Source: Octopus vulgaris (lineage: Eukaryota). Taken from it: a DNA stretch of 64,000 nucleotides. Positions 1 through 14,029 of the stretch are shown here, one piece after another. Both the position numbers and the translations under genes were made by a program. The notes under the pieces were generated by a model. The model did no database searches, was not told where the DNA came from, and saw only the letters and a program-made list of their open reading frames with translations. The stretch is from NCBI GenBank assembly GCA_951406725.2, contig OX597819.1:87916001-87980000 (forward strand), written 5' to 3'. The number at the start of each line of letters is the position of its first letter. Position 1 is the stretch's first letter.

Positions 1-2019
1 CCGGATGTTCAGTTACAGGTAGTTACCGAATGGCGTGTAGCGGGATGGTATAGCAAATGATGTCGTTGGGGTAGCAGATGAAATAGGCATGTGGACGACA
101 TCAAAGCAAAACAATGGGAAAGCATCGGATTGTGGTTTAAATAATTTATTTAATTGACACTTGCGGTATACACCAGAGAATTCGCTACATGACATTACCA
201 ACTTGCTTCGAGCTGGTGAAGTAGAAAATAAACAGGGATAATACTGTGTCGATGTGATGAGGTAGAACCGGGCATGTTTTGTGTCTGTGTTAGTCATAAG
301 GTTGTGTCTTAATGTTCTGCGACTGCTACTGTGTTGGGTCGTTCATGCTGAATATGTGGTTCTGTTGGCTGCTTGACTGGCGCAAGCTAACTGCTGGCTG
401 TCTGCTTGTCTCTTGACTGTTCGCCTAGTGATAGCTATCTGTCTCCTGTCGTATGTCTAACTATATTTATAATGGTCATGACAGCTAGAAGGACGTACAT
501 ACCACTGGAATAATTTCTACTTTTGTAGGTCGCCTCCTGTCCACTTGAACCTTAAATGACACAGCTCAGGCCGTAGGTCGAAGGGAAATCTATCCATCAC
601 TTTTTGACAGGATAAAAAAGATTTCTTTCGCGCTTGTTTGGCCAGTGGTGGATCAAACAAGCGAGAATCCTTAGATTCGGTTTCTAATATCAGCTCGGAA
701 AAAGGAAGTGATCATCCACATGGTTTCCGGATCAGTCTTACTGCGTGACACCTTGGGTGTATTTCCGGAGCCCTACGGCTACTGCAACTGAAAGAATATA
801 TATATCACATGGAGCACTGGTAGTTATTATATTGCTCGGGGAAAAAAGAAAAAAAACACACCAAATCCCTTCTATTTCTTTTACTTGTAACTATATTAAT
901 CCATGTACTAGCTTCTTTAAATCCAGTCTCACTAGTCCGTTGGAGTTGTAGGTTTTGGTTAGGTGAGAGCTGGATAGTTGCTCAGGCTCAAAATGAACCA
1001 CAATATTTAATTTTAATGAATCATATTTATTTCCACTTTGACGTTACAAAGCTTACTAACCGGAGGCTGTACTACTGAATACTAATAGCTAGTGTATGAT
1101 AATGTATGTCAGTCAAGAGGTATATCGTTATATGTTAGTGCTGACGAGAGGCAAGAGTTGAGAATATCCTGTGTTCGTGAAAGGCGAGGTGATTCTTTTT
1201 AACCCGAGGTTGAGCGGCATGGTTGACCAAGAATCCTCGACGAAACTTTTGCATCCTCTCGGAACCTCTGTCTTCTCTCGAACGTCTGCACTGCTTGTCC
1301 TGCACGTCTCCATTTATGATTATGTTTATGCGGGAAACTGCGTCGAAATTTCCATACGAATGTACCTGAAATACGATTGACTGAAATAAGGGTTTAAATC
1401 ACCAGATATGTCGTAGCCATCGTTTGTTACTAGGCTGACAGGATTTCGAATGCTCGATACCACTACAGAACCATATATTTCAGTAATGCTTTTAACCACA
1501 TTTCTATCTTCCATTTACTGAAATATAGGTGGGGAAAAAAGAATGAAATTAATGTCATTGATTCTGAGGTGCCGATTTCCAGGTGCCGCCTTTTTGAATT
1601 AAAGTTACGAAGCTAAAGACCTTAAACAAATCATGACTGTAAAGCTATCTCATATATTTTCCCATTAAATCTGGTGCATGATCCGAGTTTAAAGAAAGGA
1701 AAATAATTGGGTTTTTTTTTTTTTTGCCAGTTTCAGAATACTGATACAATGATTCCTCTTCATTTATGCCTTTGAATCGATTTAAGTTTACATTGCAACG
1801 TCAGTTGACATTTGGTGAGCAATGCTTTCACATGAAACCTATTTATCAGCCTAAAACATGTAACCTTGTTTATCACTGATTCACTCACCACTCCTCCAGA
1901 TAATACGGTACAGTAAATTGTGAACCATGTTATGTTTATCATGGATTGATCTGTGATAACAGTTCGACGATTAGTCGAAGAAACTGCTTGTATTGCAAAA
2001 AACGCGCCCCAGCGACCAT

Positions 2020-2145
2020 CTACATGGTTCCCGGATCAGTCCTACTGCGTGACACCTTGGGTAAAGTGTCTTCTACTATAACCTCGAGCTGACCAGGGCC
2101 TTGTAAGTGGATTTGGTAGACGGAAACTGAAAGAATTCCGCCGTG
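2020..2145 (+). mobile_element. SINE family A, 5' fragment
   Basis: CATGGTTCCCGGATCAGTCCTACTGCGTGACACCTTGGG...GGATTTGGTAGACGGAAACTGAAAGAA. A shorter fragment lies at ~718-765. Confidence 0.7.
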
Positions 2146-2193
2146 TATGTGTGTGTACGTGTTTGTATGTGCGCGCGTGTATGCTTGCGTTTA

Positions 2194-2227
<34 letters not shown>

Positions 2228-3088
2228 CGTGTGCGTGCGTCCGTGTGTGTTTGTAGGAGATGTAATTGTTCATCTGCGTATTTTTACATATATATGTAAT
2301 GCATATATATCTTCACATTCTTAGCTGGAAATATATTGTAAGAATGGCAGCTACTCACATAGACACACGAGCTTCATATTCTTTGGCACATATTAGTTGT
2401 TATTCTTACATAAATAAAAAAAATTACACTTCACTATACATACAAACACACCGATATCTTGCGTTCTTCATTCCACTTCCCACTTTCATTCTCAATCGTT
2501 CTCTTCTTTTACTACTTTCCCCTTCCTTTCTCTCGTTAGCTCTTTCTCTCTTCCCACTTTCTTTCTTTCTTGCATGCTCTCCTTCGCTCTCCCTCAAACT
2601 TACTCTCGCTGTCACACACATTGTTTCCACTTCTAGTTCTACCATTCCATTCCCAAACTACCTTTTTATACTGGGCCTGCCAAGTAAACAAACTTCATAG
2701 ACTCTTTGCCGTTTCATTTTCTTTTATTTCTCTTATTTCGGTTCTTTCTCTTTGATAAAGGATTTAATTCGAAAAAGCTTTGAATCTCTACTGTTTATTT
2801 TCTTGGCGTGTTTATCTTCATTGCACAAATTCTTTCATAGTTGTTTCACTCTTTCAACCACGCCTTCTGTTTGTTTGACCTTCATGCATTATTTGTTTAC
2901 TTCGTCGTTGCCTCATATTATTGCACACACACACACACACAACAAAATTACGAACAAAAAGCAGCTCTAGTAATGTAAACATTCTCGGTCGCACATACAT
3001 AGAACATGTGCTTTGTTTATACTCCATATTTGCTGCGTGATAGTGTCCAGAGAAAATTAATTTCCTTTCACATGTGCTATGCCGATAA

Positions 3089-3120
<32 letters not shown>

Positions 3121-3279
3121 CATATACATAATATACATATATATATGATGATGGATGTCCACTCGTAGTCGAGAAAGACCATTACTAATCATTGCTCAAA
3201 CCTAGCCAGGCTCATGGGCCCGGTTTCTATGGCGTATGTGTTCCCCCCAGCTGGATGGGCCGCTAGTCCATCGCAGCAT

Positions 3280-3549
3280 GTAAAACGTCAGAAATACCTG
3301 TGTGTGAGGTTAAGGCACCTGCAATCGATTCACTCGGGCTCGCACCCGCGGCTTCAGTGCTTACTGTAACGCTCTCTTATACAAATGGGCATCGAAAAGT
3401 CGCTTCGTCGGCGAACATTCAGCCTAAAATTTTAGTTCCAGTAAATTTTGCATAACACCTCACAGACCAACTCCACCCTATTTACATGATTAATTGATTA
3501 ATCCATCCATGCATACATCCGAATGTACATGATAGATAAATAGATAGAC

Positions 3550-3636
<87 letters not shown>

Positions 3637-4391
3637 AACAGACTATGTACAAATTCTTTCTTCACAACTCCTGAAGCTGTTTTCAGATATGATCCATCCC
3701 ATTCTTATAAAAATAATAAATGTCTAAATTGGTGTGCTAAACACAAATTGTCTTTTCTGTAGAGCTTCAAAATTTTCAAATGAAACAAATGGTATGTGCT
3801 GCTCATGCGTTCAGGTAACATTGCCAGCACTACCAGCTCCTTCTCAACCTCTTATGGATCTTCTAGAAGGCATTTCCATCCAGTCAAAGGATTTCCTGAA
3901 CAATATCAGACACTACTACTCTGCAAATGACATCGTTTGGTGCATCTAAGAAGATAGACATGAATTTACGACGACGTCAAAGTTCAAGGGCAAGTCTATC
4001 ACCTCATTGGTTCCCTGTTACCCATAAATGAACAACCACAGTTCCTTCAAATTTACTTTATGAGTGATGTAGGACAACAAACCCGAATGAGGTGTCAACA
4101 ATTCAGATGATGGCGCGTGTTAAACACAGCGCCGGCTCCTGCAAAAGAGAGTTTATCCACTGACAGCTTTTCGGTGCGTTCAAAAATCACATAACCCCCA
4201 TAGGTTAGGGCCTGAAATACTTCTAACGGACGCATAGCATGTTGCTTAGTCGAATTAGCCCATCATTTACTCCACAAATGTTTTGTTGTCAACACTGCAC
4301 TTTCCCATATCACCTGTTCCAACATAACTATAATATATTATATACAAACTATGCCATTTTAATCCCGAGCAACGCCGGGGGTCTCTGCTAG
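3280..4391 (+). mobile_element. Degenerate, internally deleted Helitron
   Basis: 3720-4090 gives frameshifted Rep-Hel N-terminal motifs (CLFCRASKFSNETNGMCCS, FLNNIRHY, KVQGQVYHLIGSLLP, PQFLQIYF). The 3' end has the hairpin CCCGAGCAACGCCGGG followed by CTAG (4364-4391), next to (TA)n. The 5' boundary is approximate. Confidence 0.75.
3530..3635. repeat. (GATA)n microsatellite
   Basis: Read directly from the sequence. Confidence 0.95.
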
Positions 4392-4395
4392 TATG

Positions 4396-4466
<71 letters not shown>

Positions 4467-4669
4467 GAGAGCCCAGCTGTTTTGGGAGAGCGCTCACTGT
4501 CAACTCGTACAATGTGAGCCCTCTCTTCCTGATGATCTCCCAAAACAGCTTGACCCTCGTACCTCAGAGAAGACGTGGATGGAAAGCACTCAGCATGCCG
4601 GAAGCTTGAAGAAGTGTATATTTAGAAAGGAAGTAAATATATATTAATATTTTTATTTATTTATTTATG

Positions 4670-4937
4670 CGCCCTTTTCAAGCCTAGCCAGGCTCATGGG
4701 CCCGGTTTCCTGGTTTCTATGGCGTATGTGTTCCCCCCAGCTGGACGGGACGTCAGTCCATCGCAGCGTTACTCAAGAAACAGGAAGAAAGAGTGAGAGA
4801 AAGTTGGGGCGAAAGAGTACAACAGGGGTCACCATCACTCCCTGCCAGAGCCTTGTGGAGCTTTTAGGTGTTTTCGCACAATAAACACACACAACGCCCG
4901 GTCTGGGAATCGAAACCACTGGGCCATTGCGCCTCCA
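4670..4937 (-). mobile_element. tRNA-derived SINE, family B
   Basis: Minus-strand head GGAGGCGCAATGGCCCAGTGG...TTCGATTCC has A/B-box-like motifs. A homologous copy lies at 26445-26728 and a fragment at 3195-3278. Confidence 0.75.
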
Positions 4938-6236
4938 CATATATTAATAAACTCTGGATAATAGTTAGGATGTATATAGATAGATAATATATAGTAATTT
5001 ACTATGGGGTAAATATATTTAGAATTTGTTATTATAGAGGTAGAAGTACACATTTACTTAAATTTATTGGTGTGCAAATCTATAAATAAAAAATTTAAAA
5101 GTATAGAATTATAGATATATGCATATAAGTGGATGTGTACATATAAATATAAATACGTTAGAACACTTGTCTATAGACAGATACAATTATCTCAACTTAC
5201 ATATGTGCTTATGCATATTCACACGCATATATATAATAAATATATGTAAATATCTATGCAGTAATTACACGCGGAAAAAAAGTATATAAATATGTAATTG
5301 TATAATTAATATATTAATATCTATATTCACGCACTAATGTACCTATGTTCAAATAGAGTTCGATAAAACACGATAATAGATAATTGTGGATTATTTAAAA
5401 ATGTGTTTATTATACGTTCTTATTTTGGTAAGAAAACTGACATCCCTAACTATATTTTGTATTGATGAAGTAAGTCAAAAGTAAGTCATTTGTTTTCAAA
5501 ATAAATAACGTTTCTATCCATTTGGAAAATCCGGTAATAATGAAATAAATAAATAAATGAAGCTAATATATTATGTATACAATAAGAGAACTGGGAGATG
5601 ATCTCTTATAAAGAAAATTAATAATATTTTTTTATTTAGGGGATAAAACGCTTGCTTACGAAAAAAGAACTAGTGGTCAACGGGAGGTAATTGTGGATAG
5701 TTTTTTTTTTGTTAGCTTAGATATATAAAGAAAAAATATATAAAAAATGATTATAGATAATGTATTTTTTTAAAATATATTTTTTAAAAGGTTTGGAAAA
5801 ATAAATTTATATATATTAAGTTAATAAATAAAAATAGTTAGGTAAAAACTAGTGAGGTAATGTAATAAGCTGGTATAAAGAACGATAGAACGATTTATTT
5901 ATTTAAATCAGTGGTTCTCAACTGGGGTCCACATAAGATTTTGTTAAAATTTATCTGCAATAAATTGGTTAAACTTCTACAATACACGAAATATTTTAAC
6001 AATCTTTTAAAATATTTTAAATCAATAAACATATTTATATGTTCATTGATTTAAGTAATATCTGCTTATGTAATATAAATATATATTTACTGGGTTCTAA
6101 ATTTTCGTTCATGCACATTGTATTAGGAATTGTGCCCTTGTGCACAGTAGGATCACCGGCACATCTGCAATCACTTCGATTATTCACTCAAAGTTAGCGC
6201 ACGCGCATTGCATTAAATATTTCGCAATTTTGGCGT

Positions 6237-6870
6237 AGCTTTGGACAAACACCCATGTAAGTTTAAATCTTTTCTTTTTCTTTTCTTCTTCTCCCCCCAC
6301 CCTCACCCCGAAAATTTCTACTGATTTTTACATTTTAAACCACGAAGATTACAATTCTGTAAATAAAATGTTTTTTCAAGTTTCAAATTTTTTATCTATA
6401 TTTTCTCACCCTGTGATATCGAAGTACGTACCCGCCCTCATTTCCTCGTTTCCAAACTTTGGAAGAAATGTATACTTTAAACACAGGATATCACGATTCT
6501 GCAAAAAGAAGGTGGGTTAGAGTTAGAGCTAGAAGTTAAAGTTAAGGTTAAGGCTTAGGATTAGAATTGGAGTTAAAGCTTTAGGGACAGGCTTAGGGTT
6601 GAGGTTAAGATTAGGGTTTAGAAATAGGATTTAGGATTAGTGTTCGCTGTAATGGTTAGCACCTGAGATTATGGTTTCAGGTTACTGTTAAGCTTAGGTT
6701 TATATGGTAGGTTGGATACTGGAAAGAGTTGAAATTCAGTTAAAAAATAAAAAAGGTTTGGCGAATGGGAATCGTCTGTGTTTCGAAAAAAAAAAAATAA
6801 AAAGGTTAAAACCAAAAACAAAAAAGATTTACGTGGTGTAACTACTCTGCCGAATGTTTGTCCAAAAGCT
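6237..6870. mobile_element. MITE-like element with internal degenerate TTAGGG repeats
   Basis: Terminal inverted repeats AGCTTTGGACAAACA and TGTTTGTCCAAAAGCT, with subterminal TAAATCTTTT / AAAAGATTTA. About 200 bp of TTAGGG-like hexamers at 6514-6720. Confidence 0.5.
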
Positions 6871-7087
6871 TTACTATAAGTTAAATAAATTACTTTACGA
6901 TGTTATTCTTAACTTCCAGACTTTTTAAAACTCGGTTTCCAGGCATTTCAGCAAATATCTTCTACTTGAGTTATATTTGGAGAAGTTACATAATTTCAGA
7001 AGTGTGAATCCATCCCATACGCAACCTATTCATTTCTCTTCCTATGTCTCTGTCATCCACTTCTCCATCCCTCTCTCTCCCTCTCCC

Positions 7088-7123
<36 letters not shown>

Positions 7124-7642
7124 CTCTCTCACACACACACTGCGATTAAGAAACAAAGATATGTGCACGAGTATCCCTTTCATGATCACTATTTAATCGA
7201 TTCAATGTTAAAAGGAAAGCATTTGACATCGAAATGAAGTATTAAGAGAAAAATACTCAATACTTTACAAGGTGATTACCCCCCTTAGAACCATTAAGTG
7301 TAGAATTACCCTAACCCTAACAGCATTAACAAAAAGAGAAAACAAAGGGAAATAATCACATATAAAGCGTTTCACAGATTTATCTTCCTTGTTTTAAGAG
7401 TTGCCTCCCATGAATCTTTCTCCCGTCACAGTTATTGTATAAAGTTTTCATTTTTTTTTTTTTACTTTACTATCAGTAGGTAGAAATGGTAATATATCAG
7501 GCTAGATATCAGATAATATTTAGTTTCTTCTCTATATATTTTGAGTTCAAATCATATCTGAATTAACTTTCATTCTTCTGGGATTGGAAAAATAAGGGCC
7601 AAACATGAAGTGAAGTCGATACCTTCAGGAAATTTGTGTGGG

Positions 7643-7868
7643 TTTACTCTTTTACTTGTTTCAGTCATTTGACTGCGGCCATGCTGGAGCACCGCCTTTA
7701 GTCGAGCAACTCGACCCCGGGACTTCTTCTTTTTGTAATCCCAGTACTTATTCTATCGGTCTCTTTTTTTTTTCGCCGGACCGCTAAGTGACGGGGACGT
7801 AAACACACCAGCATCGATTGTCAAGCAATGCTAGGGGGACAAACACAGGCACACAAACACACACACAT

Positions 7869-7930
<62 letters not shown>

Positions 7931-8093
7931 GACAGGCTTCTTTCAGTTTCCGTCTACCAAATCCACTCACAAGGCATTGGTCGGCCCGGGGCTATAGCAG
8001 AAGACACTTGCCCAAGATGTCACGCAGTGGGACTGAACCCGGAACCATGTGGTTGGTTAGCAAACTACTTACCACACAGCCACTCCTGCGCCC
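7643..8093 (-). mobile_element. tRNA-derived SINE, family A (CORE-like)
   Basis: Head GGCGCAGGAGTGGCTGTGTGGTAAG...GGTTCAGTCCC, CORE-like TTGGGCAAGTGTCTT, internal (TA)/(TG) microsatellite and a (GTAAAAGA)n tail. At least 7 near-full copies in the window. Confidence 0.88.
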
Positions 8094-8539
8094 TGTGTAA
8101 ATATTAGAAATTTCTTGTTCCAAACGGGAACTCATACACCCTTAACTTACTTCAATTTTCATAACATCAAACAGACGAAGTTCTTGAGTTCAAATCTCCA
8201 CACGATCAATTTATCATTTCTACCTTTCGATGTCCATATCTTTTACTTGTTTGAATTATTGGATTGCAGCCATGTTGGGGCACCAACTTGAAGGGTTTAG
8301 TGGAACAAACCAATCACAGTACATATTTTTTTAAGACGGGGGTACTTTTTCAATCTAATGTCTTTGGTCGAACTACTAGTTACAGGAACGTAAACTAACC
8401 AGCACTGGTTGTCAAGTGGGCGAGGACAAGCACAAACACAAAGCCACAAAGACACACTCACGCACATGCACACACACACACACACACATACATACATACA
8501 TACATACATACATACATACATACATACATACATACTTGC

Positions 8540-11500
8540 TTACATACTGGAGGAGAGAGTATTCTCTACCAAAGTAAGTAAAAAAAACCATCAGATACAG
8601 AATTAAAATTAGTGATGAGTATTTGCAGCAGTGTAATGGACCCACATTCTGGCAGATTAACGCCAGTCTATATTCTCTGGCTACTACTGCAAAGCAGTAC
8701 ATGAATGACATTCAAAAAGTGAAAAAGACCGAAAGAACAAAGAAAATACCATCATGGGTTTTTAAGACAGAGAAATAGATAACTGATTTACAGAAGATCA
8801 TCAGTCATGTGATGATGCTTATTGCATGCAAAACAAGCAAATCACTATACGTGCCACCAACAGAAAGTAAAGAAGGAGGTAGAAATAATGTTTGGAGACA
8901 GCAGAAAGAGGACACTCACTTGCAGACTGACTACCCTTAAGCAGGTGCTTGAGGGTAATCAGTGTTGTCGGTGAGAAACTCCAGCATCAGAAGAAAATAA
9001 CTGAGAGAAAAACAATGAACAAAAAAATTTAACTAGAGCAGGCAGTAGTATACAGAGACATTATACAGGTATAGGAGTGGCTGTGTGGTAAGTAGCTTGC
9101 TTACCAACCACATGGTTCCAGGTTCAGTCCCACTGCATGGCCTCAGGCCAACCAAAGCCTTGTGAGTGGATTTGGTAGACAGAAACTGAAAGAAGCCTGT
9201 CGTATATATGTATATATATGTATGTGTGTGTGTATATGTTTGCATGTCTGTGTTTGTCCCCTTAACATTGCTTGACAACCGATGCTGGTGTGTTTACGTC
9301 CCCGTAACTTAGTGGTTCGGCAAAAGAGACCCATAGAATAAGTACTAGGCTTACAAAGTATAAGTCCTGGGGTCGATTTGCTCGACTAAAGGTGGTGCTT
9401 CAGCATGGCCACATCAAATGACTAAATCAAGTAAAAGAGTAAAAGAGTAAAGAGAGACATGAGAAGAGGAGCAGTGAACATCACAGAAGCTCCTTCACAA
9501 GAAGACATAAAAACCTTCTGGAGGAAAATCTGGAGTGAAGAGTAGTTTAACTAAGATGCTTTGTAGCTGGAAGAAATTCGGAGAAGTAATTGTCTCTGCA
9601 TTACACTCAAGACATACAGCATTGATGGTGATACTCTTACAACTGTGATCCAGAAACTCCAGGATAGAATAACACTTGGAAGAGACTTGATGTTTGGATT
9701 TTAGTACAAGAAGCTGACCATATCTTATCAATTTGTACCAGCAAGCTTTCAATGAGAACAGTAGCATACCACATTGGTTAGCTCTGGCAGAGACAAAATT
9801 GATCCCAAAATGCAGAACCACTCACATGGCAAAAAGCTACAGGCCAATTGCATACCAGAACTTAACGTGTAAAATATATACAGCATGCTTAAACCTCTTC
9901 CTTCAGGACCATTGTGAAGCCAATAACATCAGCACAACAGAACAAGCACCTGAGAAGAAGAGAGTCTGGGGATGTGCTGAGCAATTGTTGATCAACAAAA
10001 CTGTTATGCCAGAGGTGCGAGAGAATAGGAGGAACCTAGTTTCAATGTGGCTAGATTACAAGAAAGCCTTCGACTCTGTTCCCCACTCAAGGATTCTAGA
10101 AGCCCTTCAACTTGTTAAAGTTCCAGTGAGAATAGTCAAAGCCATAGCTGACCTGACTTCACCATGGGCCAACATCTTGAAATAAAAAAAAGAGTGACTG
10201 TATTATCACTGATAGAACACAGTATCACAAAGTCATGTTCCAAGGAGACAGCCTCTCTGTGATGTTGTTTATACTTTCTGTAAACCCCTTGTCATTCATG
10301 TTAAGGAAGTCTGAAGGATATCTCACTGGTTCACAAGGAAACAGAAATACTAAAATTACATACTGTTTCTTTTAAACTTTATGCAAAGAATATGCCTGAA
10401 ATAAAAAAGAGCTTGGCCTAATTACAACATTCTCAAAGGATGAAGGGTTGGAGTTTGGTCAGGAAAAATGTTATTTGGTTGTGAAAAGTGGGGAAACTGT
10501 AAACCAAACTAGCTGCATCTCCATCAATGACTTGACTGTTTTCCCTATATCTGATGAGGAATGTTACAGGTATCTAGAGGTGGATGAAAACATATCTTAC
10601 AATGGCACTTGTAACAAAATATGTGTCACTAAAGAATATTATAACCGAATAAAGGAAATTTGGACCTAGGAACTCTCTGCATTCAATAAAACAGTGGCCC
10701 ACAATGTGTTTTCGGTGCCAGTACTCATACCAACATTTGAGCTGCTTGATTGGACACTTGATGAGATCCAAGCGATTGATGTGAAAACCCGAAAAATACC
10801 AACAAGAACATATAATTTCCACATAAACAGTGACGTAGACTGCCTCTACCCAAAATGAAAACAAGGTGGCAGAGGCTTAACATCAATCCAAAATGCTTTC
10901 AAATGTCATATCAAATCCCTTTGACAACATCTTTTAACCACCAAGCGTCGAAGTGCATCCCTTGATCAAGTTTGCATACATGAGGCTGATAACATAAGAC
11001 TTGGAAGGCAGCTCCTTGAACAACATACCTTGTCTGATAACCTTATATACCTGCCCAAAGAAGTCACACGACTCTACCATAACGTATCATCAGATGAAAG
11101 GATGAGCATATATAAGAAGACTATGTATGGATATGTTAGTAGACAGCTCCGAGATGATAGTAACATTGATCATCAAAGCAGTCTATCATAGACCAATAGC
11201 CGGATTACTACCTCTCACTTTGAAGGGTAAGCATTTGCAATCCAGGAACAGAAAATATCAATAAAATACCTGATGTACAAAAGGAATGGAGATGCAGGAA
11301 AACCAGTAAAATGTGGCAATTGATGCAGACTTTGTGGAGTTAACACTGAAGATATCACCAGTGAGACATGATGTTGTAGCTAGGACATTATATAATGAAA
11401 TCTGTTGGAAGAATAACCCTGTAGACAAAGAAATAAGAACCCACAATATAGTAGAAGCCATAGTCACTCAAAACAAAAAAGAGTACTGGTGGAATACCCC

Positions 11501-11950
11501 AGTGAAACCTTCAATAAAATGTAAGCACAATAGACCTGATATAATGATTTGGGATAGAGAAGAAAATCTGTGTACAGTTGTGGAAATTAACTGCCCATTA
11601 GATGTTAACATAAAGCTGAAGATCAGAGAAAAAGACAACACCTATGCTGAACTATTGAGAAATCTGCTGTTACTCTATCCAGATTACAAGTTCAGGTTTA
11701 TACCTGTAGTTATTGGGACTCTGGGGTATGTAACACACTGTCTAAATGCCAATCTTGAGAAATTAGGTTTCTCAAAACTAGAAAGAAGAAAGCTGATTCA
11801 AAGACTATAGATCCAATCCATCACTGGAACTATGAAAGTCTGTCACACTCTCCAGAAGTTTATCATTTAAAATGTATATGAGCATGTCTAGACAAGCAAC
11901 TATATGCATGAGAATACATACATAAAACAAAACATACAAATCTGCACACA
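8540..11950 (+). mobile_element. Degenerate non-LTR retrotransposon with RT and restriction-like endonuclease (R4/Dong-like)
   Basis: RT motifs YRPIA, WLDYKKAFDSVPH, FQGDSLS and YRYL; zinc-knuckle remnant CRLCG at ~11325; RHD and RPDIMIWD...VVEINCP endonuclease motifs (ORFs 9733-10185, 11313-11810). Many stops and frameshifts. Confidence 0.88.
9065..9452 (+). mobile_element. SINE family A inserted in an R4/Dong-like LINE
   Basis: Matches family A. Possible target-site duplication AGAGACAT on both sides. Confidence 0.88.
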
Positions 11951-12002
11951 TACATACATACGTACATACATACATACATACATACAGGCATACATAAATA
12001 AA

Positions 12003-12406
12003 TACTCTTTTACTTGTTTCAGTCCTTTGACTGCGGCCATGCTGGAGCACCGCCTTTAGTCGAGCAAATCGACCCCAGGACTTATTCTTTGTAAGCCCAG
12101 TACTTATTCTATCGGTATCTTTTGCCGAACTGCTAAGTGACGGCGACGTAAACACACCAGCATCGGTTGTCAAGCAATGCTAGGGGGACACACACACACA
12201 CACACATGTACACACATATATATATATATATACATATATACGACTGGCTTCTTTCAGTTTCCGTCAACCAGATCCACTCACAAGGCATTGGTCGGCCCGA
12301 GGCTATAGTAGAAGACACTTACCCAAGATGCCACGCAGTGGGACTGAACCCGGAACCATGTGCCTGGTAAGCAAGCTACTTACCACACAGCCACTCCTGC
12401 GCCTAT
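12003..12406 (-). mobile_element. SINE family A
   Basis: Full-length match to the other copies, embedded in (TACA)n. Confidence 0.88.
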
Positions 12407-12439
12407 GTACGTACAAACATACATACATACATACATACA

Positions 12440-13400
12440 TATCTACTGCTATTGAGAGACTTATAAAGACCCTCATAACAATTCTTACACTTAGAACTAA
12501 GAACAGAACAATCATCTCCAATATTATAAATATTTCGGAAGGAATATTTAAAGTAGATAGTTTTGGTAGTCTTTCAGTAATTCTTCTCATTTTGGCATTA
12601 AACCCATTATCATTCTTGCTACAAAAATCAAATGGCTCCATGCTAGGGTCTGCAACTGCCAGAAGTGTTAATGTAATTAATAATTTCTTTGTGGATGATC
12701 TCAAGATTTATGCTAAAAATGTTAACAATGCCAAAAAACATCTGGAATTATTAACAACATTTTCAGCTGACATAGAAATGAAATTTGCCCTATACAAAGG
12801 TGATTGTTGAATGGGGAAAAATCAGCACCCCCAAATCCAAAACGGGTACATCAAAGGCCTCACTATCTCTCCTATGCCACACAAAGAATGCTACAAGCAC
12901 CTAGGCATTGAGGAAATACACATCATGCGAAGGTACTGTAAATGAAGATAGAGTGACACAAGAATATTATGTCAAACTTGGAAAAATATAGCAGTCGGAA
13001 CTCCCCTCTTACAACAAGACAATGTCCCACAATACGTTTGCAATACCAGTACTGATTCCAACATTTGGGATACTTGACTGGTCTATGGAAGAAATCCACT
13101 CCACAGGCGATAAAACATGCAAGATACTAATATCAGCTGGAAATTCACATTTATGCCAATAATAATTGGTGCATTAGGTTTTGTGAGTAAATGCCTAACT
13201 GACATTCTGGATAAACTAGGGCTTCCAGAAAAAGAAACCAACCAGTTAATTCGCACATGACAAATAAAATTTGTATGTGGAACAGTAAAAGTATGCATGA
13301 CTTTCCTTAAGTTTAAAATCTGACATTGATTTTAAAACTATTATTTTTTTTTTTGTCATGGCATACAGCAGTGACTCTAACAGGAAAATCTAAAAATACA
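12440..13400 (+). mobile_element. Second, internally deleted R4/Dong-like LINE fragment
   Basis: ORF 12328-12810 contains GIFKVDSFGSLSVILLILALNPLSF and FFVDDLKIYAK. Downstream sequence parallels 10560-10800 and 11690-11870. Confidence 0.8.
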
Positions 13401-14029
13401 ATAACTGACTGGTTCAATATGTGCCACGAGGTGTGTGAAGCCATAGTTTATCATGTATAATGGAACTGAAGGTTTAGATACCTGTGGAATACCTCCTTCT
13501 CCCATTATAATTGTTTTGTAGTTTCAAGGAGCTGGAAAGGGTCGCCGATTTGTGATGTTGGTGCAAAGTGAGGTGATGAAAATGGCTTCTTTGTACATCA
13601 CTTGGTCGATACAATAAATATAAATAGAACAATGCATATATGTGCCAGAGGAAAATAAGAGACTCAACTGGGTAGAGACACAACCGGGTAGAATGTTTCA
13701 GAGAAGATTTATTGATATATTAACATGTGTGATTGTGTGTGCGTCATATATACAGAGTAATAGACAGGCCGTCGTAAGAATAAGATGTATGCGTATGTAT
13801 GTAAGCATAGACGTATGCTTATTAAGAACATATAATGATGGCGATGGAGAAGAGACAGTGAAAGAGTCTATAGCCATCGAAGTGAGGAGTAAGTTCATAG
13901 ACACAAGAATGATAAACACCAGTTCGTAGTCAATTGTACACGATAGTTGAAATACTTTATCAAGAAGTTGTGGTGATGATGCAGAGCCGGTTGCAGTACA
14001 TGTCGTACATGAAGTTGTGGCTGCCTGGG

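Noticed and set aside
1141-1250. CTGACGAG...GAAAC resembling another hammerhead core (also CTGATGAG at ~10551, 30010 and 47041)
   Set aside because: No stem II closing directly onto GAAA, and no compatible stems I/III or NUH site.
7643-8093. tRNA gene calls at SINE heads
   Set aside because: A/B-box-like motifs are present but run on into the SINE body and tail, with no complete cloverleaf.
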